From positions 127,834-191,833 of the forward strand of contig CAWJUW010000015.1 in NCBI GenBank assembly GCA_963846095.1: a stretch of 64,000 nucleotides of DNA. The letters run 5' to 3'. This document shows, piece by piece, positions 28,676 through 36,355 of the stretch. The notes under the pieces were generated by a model. It saw nothing but the letters and a program-made list of their open reading frames with translations. It did not search any database and was not told where the DNA came from. The translations under genes and the position numbers were made by a program. Every line of letters begins with the position of its first letter. Position 1 is the stretch's first letter. The DNA is from an uncultured Acidobacteriaceae bacterium (GTDB lineage Bacteria; Acidobacteriota; Terriglobia; Terriglobales; Acidobacteriaceae).

Positions 28676-28915
28676 CTAGTTGTTGAAGCGGTACCACAGC
28701 ATGAGAGCTATCTTGGTTGCGGCCATCGCGTAGATCACAAAGATGAGATCCCAGTCGATGTGGTGCTCCACCAGCAGCCGGTACTCGAGAAGAAGAAAAA
28801 CCGTTATCGCCCCGGCCACTGCAGCCGTCGAAGTCGAGCGGCGGCTATGCTCTTTCGAGCGCTCGTCTTCGACATGGTCGAGTTGAAGGACGCGATGAAG
28901 AAACTGCGGAATCAT
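28676..28915 (-). CDS. Small membrane protein with DER motif (DUF2178-like; XRE operon gene 2)
   Basis: EDERSKEHSRRS followed by two TM segments; ATGA overlap with the XRE gene. Confidence 0.7.
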   Translation of the reverse strand: MIPQFLHRVLQLDHVEDERSKEHSRRSTSTAAVAGAITVFLLLEYRLLVEHHIDWDLIFVIYAMAATKIALMLWYRFNN

Positions 28916-29124
28916 GGCTTGCTCTCCAGTGTGAAGATTTCGTCGGTTGGGCAGGCAAAGACGCGGGCAAACGTGAGCGCGAGTTCGAGACTCGGGACGT
29001 AGCGATTGCGCTCGATGGAGTTAATGCTCTGGCGGGACACGCCGACCGAAGCTGCCAGTTGCTCCTGCGTCCACCCCCGGGCGGTACGAAGCTCTTTCAC
29101 GCGATTGGTGATGGAGGAGGACAT
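28912..29124 (-). CDS. Cro/C1-type (XRE) HTH transcriptional regulator
   Basis: NRVKELRTARGWTQEQLAASVGVSRQSINSIERNRYVPSLELALTFARVF. Confidence 0.93.
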   Translation of the reverse strand: MSSSITNRVKELRTARGWTQEQLAASVGVSRQSINSIERNRYVPSLELALTFARVFACPTDEIFTLESKP

Positions 29125-29187
29125 GTAAAGCTGACTTTCCATATCAGAGTAGGATGAGATGGCCCGAATGTCAAGCAGACTTTACGT
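29123..29187 (-). promoter_or_regulatory. Promoter with two palindromic operators for the XRE operon
   Basis: Minus-strand TTGACA (29174-29169), 17 bp, TACTCT (29151-29146). Operators ATGTAAAG-CTGA-CTTTCCAT (29123-29142) and ATGTCAAG-CAGA-CTTTACGT (29168-29187). Confidence 0.8.
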
Positions 29188-29343
29188 AGCCTTCTCCGCC
29201 GGAACCGCGCCGACATTCCACCGTTTTCCTCTGAAAAACCACGGGGAGGGCGGCGCCGCACAAGCGCGGCCACCCCCAATCCGATAGAATCGACCTTTCG
29301 GGCATCTGATTCCGGCCTGATTCCATCCAGAAAGCCCCCTATC

Positions 29344-30393
29344 GTGGCAGAAGAATCCAAAGCAAAATCCGTAACTTACGCTGACGCGGGCGTGGACATC
29401 TCCAGCGGTGACCGAGCCAAGGAGCGCATCAAGTACCTGGCGCAGAAGACCTTCAATCGCAATGTGTTAGGCGGGATTGGGGGCTTTGGCGCCCTGTTCC
29501 GGCTCGATCTGCAGCGCTTCAAGAATCCGATTCTGGTGAGCTCGGCAGACGGGGTGGGCACCAAGCTCAAGATTGCCTTTGGGCTGGGAATGCACCACAC
29601 CGTGGGCGCAGACCTGGTCAACCACTGCGTCAACGATATTGCGGTGCAAGGGGCGGTGCCGCTCTTCTTTCTCGACTACCTGGCAACGGGCCGGCTCGAT
29701 CCTGAAGTGACCGAGAGCGTGGTCACCGGCCTTGCCGAGGCCTGCAAGGCAAATGGCTGTGCGCTCATCGGCGGCGAGACCGCGCAGATGCCGGGATTCT
29801 ACTCCGATGGCGAGTACGATCTGGCGGGCTTCATTGTGGGCGCGGTCGACCGCGACAAGCTCGTCACCGGAGCAGGCATCAAAGCGGGCGATGTGCTGAT
29901 CGGGCTGCCCTCCACGGGCTTGCATACGAACGGCTACTCGCTGGCGAGAAAGCTGATGTTCGAGGTGGCGGGGTACAAGCCGACACAGTTCGTCTCCGCG
30001 ATCAAAGACAAGGCCGGCGCAGCACTGATGAAGACCCACCGCAGCTACTTGTCGGTGATTCAAAAGCTGATTGCGGGAGGACTGACTGCGGGGATCGCGC
30101 ACATCACGGGCGGCGGAATTACTGAGAACCTCCCGCGCATCCTGCCCAAGAGCACCGCGGCACAGGTCGAAATTGGATCGTGGCCGGTGCTGCCCATCTT
30201 CGAGCACCTGCGCACCCTGGGTCAGGTTTCGCAGGAAGAGATGATGCGCACGTTCAATATGGGCATCGGGCTCATTGCGGTCATCCCCGCGGCAAAGTTC
30301 CCGCGCGCCAAGAGTCTGCTCGACCGCGCGGAAGAGAAGTTCTACGTGATCGGCCGCATTGTGAAGGGCGAGCGCCGAGTGCAGTACACGTAG
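29344..30393 (+). CDS. purM: Phosphoribosylformylglycinamidine cyclo-ligase
   Basis: TYADAGVD, DGVGTK, GGETAQMPG, GLHTNGYSL, HITGGG, RTFNMGIG. Confidence 0.97.
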   Translation: MAEESKAKSVTYADAGVDISSGDRAKERIKYLAQKTFNRNVLGGIGGFGALFRLDLQRFKNPILVSSADGVGTKLKIAFGLGMHHTVGADLVNHCVNDIAVQGAVPLFFLDYLATGRLDPEVTESVVTGLAEACKANGCALIGGETAQMPGFYSDGEYDLAGFIVGAVDRDKLVTGAGIKAGDVLIGLPSTGLHTNGYSLARKLMFEVAGYKPTQFVSAIKDKAGAALMKTHRSYLSVIQKLIAGGLTAGIAHITGGGITENLPRILPKSTAAQVEIGSWPVLPIFEHLRTLGQVSQEEMMRTFNMGIGLIAVIPAAKFPRAKSLLDRAEEKFYVIGRIVKGERRVQYT

Positions 30394-30432
30394 AGTGTTG
30401 TCAGTGATCAGTGGTCAGCCCTTGGGGTATTT

Positions 30433-31065
30433 GTGACTTCCATCCATCCTGGTCCGCAAACACGCATCGGCATTCTGCTCTCGGGGCGGGGATCGAACTT
30501 CGTGGCCATTGCGGAGTCGATCCGGTCGGGGCGGTTGCGTGGTGTCGAGATCGCCGTCGTGATCTCGAATGTGGCGAACGCTCCGGGACTGGCCGCCGCG
30601 GAGCGGCTTGGCCTGCCGACCGCCGTTTTCGTATCTAAGGGCCGCAAGCGCGAAGAGCACGACGCGGAGATGCTTGCTTGCCTGCGCGGGCACAAGGTTA
30701 ACCTGATCTGCCTTGCCGGTTACATGCGGCTACTGTCTCCGGCCTTCGTTGCAGCATTCCGCGACCGCATCCTGAACATCCACCCTTCCCTGCTTCCGGC
30801 ATTCCCTGGGCTCGACGCGCAGGAGCAGGCCTTCAACTACGGGGTAAAAGTTGCCGGCTGTACCGTGCACTTTGTGGATGAAGAACTGGATCACGGCGCC
30901 ATCGTTGTGCAGCGTGCGATTCCAGTGCTCGAAACCGACGATGCGCACACCCTGGCCGAGCGCATTCTGGCCGAGGAACACATCGCCTACTCCGAAGCAA
31001 TTGCCCGCGTGGCGAGTGGCGAGTTCGAGATGCAGGGCCGGCGCTATGTGCGCCGCAACAGCTAA
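30433..31065 (+). CDS. purN: Phosphoribosylglycinamide formyltransferase
   Basis: SGRGSN, LAGYMRLL, LNIHPSLLPAFPG, GCTVHFVDEELDHG. Confidence 0.97.
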   Translation: MTSIHPGPQTRIGILLSGRGSNFVAIAESIRSGRLRGVEIAVVISNVANAPGLAAAERLGLPTAVFVSKGRKREEHDAEMLACLRGHKVNLICLAGYMRLLSPAFVAAFRDRILNIHPSLLPAFPGLDAQEQAFNYGVKVAGCTVHFVDEELDHGAIVVQRAIPVLETDDAHTLAERILAEEHIAYSEAIARVASGEFEMQGRRYVRRNS

Positions 31066-31316
31066 CCGGTTCCAAATCTGACCCGTCCGCGACGAATCTC
31101 GACCGCGCGCGCCGGCGTGTCAAGAGGCGCGTCCAGGCGGCATCGCCTAAGTCCAGCCTCTGCATTCACTTATCGCCCTCGTCGGTTTGCAGGGTAATTA
31201 CCTTCTTCTGCCTACCCTTGAGATGTCCAGCCTTGCGGTATTTTCCGAGACGTCTGCGTCAAGCAAAGCCACCCGTTCGGAGGCCCGCAACCTGCGCACA
31301 GAGGGAGTCTTCGCTT

Positions 31317-32144
31317 ATGAGTTTTCTTGCCAATATCTGGAATCATCCCAAAACATCGGTCAGCGGTTTGCTTCTGGCTGTCGTCACCGTCTTCGGCGTC
31401 CTCGCACAAAACGGAATCAGCCTGGGTAAAGCCGGGACGGGAACCGTGGTGACGCTGGTCAGCGCCCTTGCCACCGCGTTGTTGGGGCTGCTGTCGCGCG
31501 ATCCGTCGGAGTCTTCGCAGTCGACTTCGTCGACGAAGTTGGGTGCCTGGGCGCTTATCGCTCTTTTGCTTCCTCTACCGTTTCTGAGTGGATGCTCGGG
31601 AACTGTGGTCGCCCAGGATATTGTGAACTGGACACCTGCGCTGCAGAGCGCCGTCGCAACTGTGGATACCACAGCGGCGCTGCTGGTGCCTGTCGATGCG
31701 CCGATTTTTGCCGCAGCCACGGTCGGGTTCGACGCTGCGTCGAATCTGCTGGTCGATCAGGCGCGTGCCTATCTGGCCAATCCGTCAGCCGGCGTGCTGG
31801 CGCAGATTCAGGCGCAGATCGTGACCTTCCAGCAGCAGGTAAATGCGGCCTTGCTCCAGGTGGCCCGAATTACCGATCCGGCCAGTCAGAAACACGCGCT
31901 TTCGGCGATCCAGGCGACCGCAACAATCGTGAACGCGATCTTTTCGCTGGTGCAGTCCATATCGAGCAAGGCTGCGCTGGCGCAGATGGCGTCTCAGTCG
32001 ACGATCAAGCTGGCAGCGGTGGAACCGTTGCTCGATTCCTCGGCCGCGGCACGGCTGATTGCTGCTCACTATGGCGAATCGCTGGCAGTCGCAAGCGAGC
32101 AGATCGCGCAGGCCGAGGCGCGTGAGCAAGCTGCTGGATTTTAG
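31317..32144 (+). CDS. Hypothetical membrane protein: holin-like 2-TM N-terminus, internal lipobox and helical domain
   Basis: MSFLANIWNHPKTSVSG-TM-TM-LLSRDP, Ser linker, KLGAWALIALLLPLPFLSGC, Ala/Gln-rich helices; RBS GAGGGAG. Confidence 0.7.
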   Translation: MSFLANIWNHPKTSVSGLLLAVVTVFGVLAQNGISLGKAGTGTVVTLVSALATALLGLLSRDPSESSQSTSSTKLGAWALIALLLPLPFLSGCSGTVVAQDIVNWTPALQSAVATVDTTAALLVPVDAPIFAAATVGFDAASNLLVDQARAYLANPSAGVLAQIQAQIVTFQQQVNAALLQVARITDPASQKHALSAIQATATIVNAIFSLVQSISSKAALAQMASQSTIKLAAVEPLLDSSAAARLIAAHYGESLAVASEQIAQAEAREQAAGF

Positions 32145-32167
32145 ACTCGCGCAATCCGAACCTCGTG

Positions 32168-32207
32168 CAAAAACGATGGGGCCGCTCCCAGGAGAAGCGG
32201 CCCTGAT
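32168..32207 (-). terminator. Intrinsic terminator after htrA
   Basis: Minus strand GGGCCGCT-tctcctggg-AGCGGCCC-catcgTTTTT. Confidence 0.7.
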
Positions 32208-32225
32208 CGATCCGACGGAAATAGA

Positions 32226-33389
32226 TTATGTGTTCGCGTCGCGCGCTTCGCCCAGCATCAGCTTCAGCGTCATCTGCCTGCGGCCGCGATAGATGGTCAC
32301 GGTAACCGTATCGCCGGCCTGATGCTTGTCCATGAGCACGTTGATATCCGCCGGGTCAGCCACCTGCTGGCCATCCACCGCGACAATCAGATCGCCGCCC
32401 AGCATGATCGGTGTGTTGCCGACGTATGCCTGTTCGTTGCCGCCGCGGAGACCGGCGCGTTCAGCGGCGCCGCCGGGCACAACCTTCTGAATCAGTACAC
32501 CGGAGTCGACTGCGAGACCCATCTGTGCGGCGAGATCTGGACCGATCCCGAAGGACGAGATGCCCAGGGACGGGCGTTTCACGCGCCCATAGCGGGTAAG
32601 ATCGGCCAGCACAGCCTTGGCGGTGTTGATGGGAATGGCGAAACCAATACCGGAGCTTTGTTCTGCACCGTTGGAGGCAATCATGGTGTTGATGCCGATG
32701 ACCTCGCCGCGCGAGTTCAGCAGCGGACCGCCGGAATTTCCTGGATTGATGGCGGCATCGGTCTGGATCGCGTCGCCGATGGGAGCGCCCTCCGCGCCTC
32801 GGATATCGCGAATCGAGCTGATGATTCCGCGCGTCATGGTGCCGCTCAGTCCGAAAGGATTGCCGATGGCGTAGACCTTTTGCCCGACGTTGAGTTGCGT
32901 GGAGTCGGCGAGCGTTACCGGCTGAAGGTTGGGAGCGTCAATCTGCAGCAGGGCAAGATCGTGGGTTTTGTCGGAACCGACCACCTTCGCCGAATAGCGC
33001 CGTTTGTTGCTGAGCATGACCTCGACGCCACGATTGGCGCCTTCCACCACGTGATAGTTGGTGAGCACATGGCCGGCCTTGTCAAGAATGAAACCCGAGC
33101 CCTGGCCCTGTTGTGGCACCGTGCCGTAGAAGAAATTGAAAACAAGCGTCGTGGAGGTGATATTCACCACGGAGGGAAGCACGCGCTTGTAAACGGAGAT
33201 GTTGTTCTGCTCCTCGGCGTCGTACTCGGGCGCCGCTTCCGCCTCGGTCAGGTCGAGCCCCCCCCTCCCCCCCCCCAGGATAGAAACATGATGCAGCGAC
33301 AAATCGGAGAGGTGCCGCGGAAAGTGGGTGGTGAGAAGCCAAAATCCGCTCACCAGAATCACGACCAGAATGACTTGACGCATTTTCAT
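32226..33389 (-). CDS. HtrA/DegP-family serine protease with one PDZ domain
   Basis: GSGFI, LTNYHVV, DLALL, QTDAAINPGNSGGPL, C-terminal PDZ; N-terminal TM. Confidence 0.95.
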   Translation of the reverse strand: MKMRQVILVVILVSGFWLLTTHFPRHLSDLSLHHVSILGGGRGGLDLTEAEAAPEYDAEEQNNISVYKRVLPSVVNITSTTLVFNFFYGTVPQQGQGSGFILDKAGHVLTNYHVVEGANRGVEVMLSNKRRYSAKVVGSDKTHDLALLQIDAPNLQPVTLADSTQLNVGQKVYAIGNPFGLSGTMTRGIISSIRDIRGAEGAPIGDAIQTDAAINPGNSGGPLLNSRGEVIGINTMIASNGAEQSSGIGFAIPINTAKAVLADLTRYGRVKRPSLGISSFGIGPDLAAQMGLAVDSGVLIQKVVPGGAAERAGLRGGNEQAYVGNTPIMLGGDLIVAVDGQQVADPADINVLMDKHQAGDTVTVTIYRGRRQMTLKLMLGEARDANT

Positions 33390-33496
33390 GGCGAATCGAC
33401 CTGAAAACCTTTCTCTTTTCAATACGGACAGGGCACGGTCCGGTTCCATACCGGAGGGGATGTGGCAGCGCAGCCTGCGAAGAGCCCTTCCCTATT

Positions 33497-34186
33497 CTAA
33501 AACTCGGGGATATGGATTTTGTTGCTTTCGGCCACCAGGCGCTGCCACACCGCAACCACCTTGGCGCGGAGTGCGCCGAGATCGCCTCCGTTTTCGAGGA
33601 CATAGTCGGCGCGAGCGGCTTTTTCTGCATCTGGGATCTGATGGGTGAGCCGAACCCGAGCGTCGGCACCTGCGGCCTGGCGCGCGGGCTCGTCTTTGGC
33701 CACGCGTGCCGCATAGCGGGCGATTTTCAGCTCGTCGGGTGCGGTGACGACGATAACCCGATCGATACGGCGGCGCCAATCGGCCAGGATCGACTCGGTT
33801 TCGCCGCGCGCGCGTGCGTCGCGTTCGACCTCAAAGATCAGGGCGGACTCAATGACGGCTACGGCCGCCGGATCTCTATGAAACACTTGCTTCATCCACT
33901 GCTTTTGCGCGGCGATTACCGCGGGATGGACGATGGCGTTCAGCTCTTGCAGACGGCCGTTCTGGAAGGCAAGCGCGGCGAGGCGCACGCGATCAAGGCG
34001 TCCATCCGGCTGAACTACCTCGGGACCAAACGAGCTCACAATCCGGTCGAAGACGGCGTGGCCGGGCTCCATCAATTCGCGGCCCAGCGCATCGGCTTCG
34101 ATGACGTGCGCTCCTAATTCGCGCAGATACCCTGCAACGGTGCTCTTGCCGCTGCCCAAGCCGCCGGTGAGTCCAACACGCAGCAT
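33497..34186 (-). CDS. coaE: Dephospho-CoA kinase
   Basis: VGLTGGLGSGKST, LNAIVHP, ADYVLEN. Confidence 0.93.
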   Translation of the reverse strand: MLRVGLTGGLGSGKSTVAGYLRELGAHVIEADALGRELMEPGHAVFDRIVSSFGPEVVQPDGRLDRVRLAALAFQNGRLQELNAIVHPAVIAAQKQWMKQVFHRDPAAVAVIESALIFEVERDARARGETESILADWRRRIDRVIVVTAPDELKIARYAARVAKDEPARQAAGADARVRLTHQIPDAEKAARADYVLENGGDLGALRAKVVAVWQRLVAESNKIHIPEF

Positions 34187-34189
34187 CGT

Positions 34190-35121
34190 CTAGATGCTCC
34201 GCTGCGGCAGACCCCGACGCATCTTAGCCGCTCGGACTGTGTTGGCCATGAGCATTGCGATGGTGAGCGGGCCGACGCCCCCGGGGACTGGCGTATACGC
34301 ACCGGACACTTCGAAGGCCTGGGGATGAACATCGCCCACAATGGTCGAACCGCGTTTGGCAAAGGCGGCTTCGCGTTTGGCATTGCCTGCGAAGAAGCGC
34401 TCAAACTCGGCCTGCGTGGTGATGCGGTTGATGCCAACGTCGATGACGATTGCACCCGGCTTGACCATGTCGGCGGTGATGAAGCCTGGGCGGCCGATGG
34501 CGGCGACAAGAATGTCGGCCTCGCGCGTGAGCTCTCCGCAGATTCCGAGTTTTAGAGTGAGCGATCGTCACTGTTGCGTTCTCGTGCAGCAGCAACATGG
34601 CCACGGGCTTACCGACGATGTCGCTGCGGCCGACCACGACAGCATGTCTGGCCCGCGATGGGCAGATTGCTGCGCTTGAGAATCTCGAGAATGCCGGCAG
34701 GCGTGCATGGAGCCAGCGCCGGGCGGCCTGCCTGGAGACGACCTGCGTTCACCGGGTGGAATCCGTCGACATCTTTATCAGGATCGACGGCGTCGAGGAG
34801 AGCCTTCGTGTCCACCTGTGAAGGAAGAGGCAGCTGAATGAGAATGCCGTCAATGTCTTCGCGATCGTTGAGTCCGTGCACCAGGTCGAGCATTGCCTCG
34901 GTCGTGGTATCGGCGGATGGAGTGATGAGCTCGCTGAAGAGGCCGAGATCGGCGCAGGTCTGCACCTTGCTGCGCACGTAAATTTCCGACGCGGGAACAT
35001 TGCCGACCAGAACCGCAGCCAGCCCGGGACGGACATTTTGCGCGGCGAGCTTGCGAACCTCTTCCGCAACTTCCTCTTTGATTGCCGCCGCGATGGCCGC
35101 GCCGTCAAGAACTTTTGGCAT
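34190..35121 (-). CDS. folD: Bifunctional methylenetetrahydrofolate dehydrogenase/cyclohydrolase (two apparent +1 errors)
   Basis: Three consecutive ORF pieces: [22 protein letters not shown]; [10 protein letters not shown]; [19 protein letters not shown]. Confidence 0.95.
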
Positions 35122-35154
35122 CAATCTCTCCGCTTTTATCGTATCGTGTTCGGC

Positions 35155-35766
35155 CTATTGCATCGGCTGCCGCATGATGGTCTTGAGCTTCTCCGGCGCA
35201 GTCCGGCGCGGGTCATTCAAATAGATCTCGTGATGCTTGCCGCACAGCTCCTTGCCCGCGGCGCGGATGAAGTCGTGCATGCGCTGGATGGTTGGGCCTT
35301 CATTTGCAAAGGAGCCAACATATAGTATTTGCGCGGACGGCCCTTCTTCGAGCGCGTCGAAGCGCACACGATCGAGCGCCGCTGGGTTCTTCTTCTTACG
35401 CACTTCATCGAAAGCGGCTTCTACCTGGGCCTGCGAGATGAAATCGGGTTGGAGAATCATCGCCGTCCACTTCCATGCAGACTTGTCGGCGCGATAGAAC
35501 GCGCGATGATCGTCAGCCCACCACAGCCCCTCGAGCGGCATCACGCCGTAATCGACCGGGCGCGGGCTCTTCTTGAGCGAAAACTTGAGGGTGTAGGAAA
35601 GCGAGTAGAGCGCTTCCACGGCCTGCTGGAACGCGGGCGCGGTGTTCGGGTCGCCCTCGCCATCGACCATGAGATACGTCAGGCGCGGAACCTTGACGAC
35701 GACTATCTCTTGGTCTGAGGGCTGATAAAGGTACTTCCACTCTTTCTTCAGATCGAGCTTCTGCAT
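35155..35766 (-). CDS. GyrI-like small-molecule-binding domain protein
   Basis: KLDLKKEWKYLY, DGEGDPN, YGVMPLEGLWW, HHEIYLNDPRRTAPEKLKTI.RQP. Confidence 0.9.
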   Translation of the reverse strand: MQKLDLKKEWKYLYQPSDQEIVVVKVPRLTYLMVDGEGDPNTAPAFQQAVEALYSLSYTLKFSLKKSPRPVDYGVMPLEGLWWADDHRAFYRADKSAWKWTAMILQPDFISQAQVEAAFDEVRKKKNPAALDRVRFDALEEGPSAQILYVGSFANEGPTIQRMHDFIRAAGKELCGKHHEIYLNDPRRTAPEKLKTIMRQPMQ

Positions 35767-35855
35767 GGGTCTACTCCCGAGGCGGTTTGCCGGCGGAAGT
35801 ATAGAGCTGGCTCGAAGAAGGGCGCAGTGAGATCGTGGATCGTTGTCGGCTGGTT

Positions 35856-36270
35856 TCACGAAGTCTGCAGATGAAGGATCAGTGCCTGCATGTCCATATG
35901 GTTCCAGCCATAGACGATCTGGTCGCCTTTGACCTGGATGAACGACGACCCGTGCAGCTCGCCTTTTTTGCCGGTTGCCGGGAATCCGAGACCGTCGCCA
36001 AGATGCGTCATCGTTGCCTTCCAGCGAATGGCGACGTGGTCGCCTTCCGCAATGATGTCTTCGATGTCGACATGCAGATCCGGGAAAGCTGCAAGGAAGT
36101 TGCGATGCGCTTCTTTGAAGGCTTCTGGTCCGTCAAGCACGCCATCGGGGCCGCCGAATCCGTATGCTTTGCCGTGCGGGGCAAACATGCGGTCAATGGC
36201 TTCAGCACTTTTCTGATTCCAGACCTGCTCGAACCACGCCCTGGCGACGAATTCTGTTGGCTTGGGACAT
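35856..36270 (-). CDS. SnoaL-like ester cyclase (one apparent +1 error near the start)
   Basis: ...WFEQVWNQ...AFPDLHVDIEDIIAEGD.V..RW...TH.G.GLGFPATGK. Confidence 0.88.
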
Positions 36271-36355
36271 GGCGGAAAGAATATCCCGGCACGAATTTTT
36301 CAGGCAAGGAAATTCTTTGTGAATTCCACGGGGGCACTGTGAAATCCGTCGCCGC

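Noticed and set aside
29190-29343. ZTP or purine riboswitch before purM
   Set aside because: I could not find the consensus elements by eye; an Rfam scan would settle it.
34190-35121. folD (and rpmB, ppc, cysE) as pseudogenes or programmed frameshifts
   Set aside because: Catalytic motifs are intact, several of these genes are normally essential, I saw no shared slippery motif, and the indels are regionally clustered. Sequencing error is the simpler explanation.
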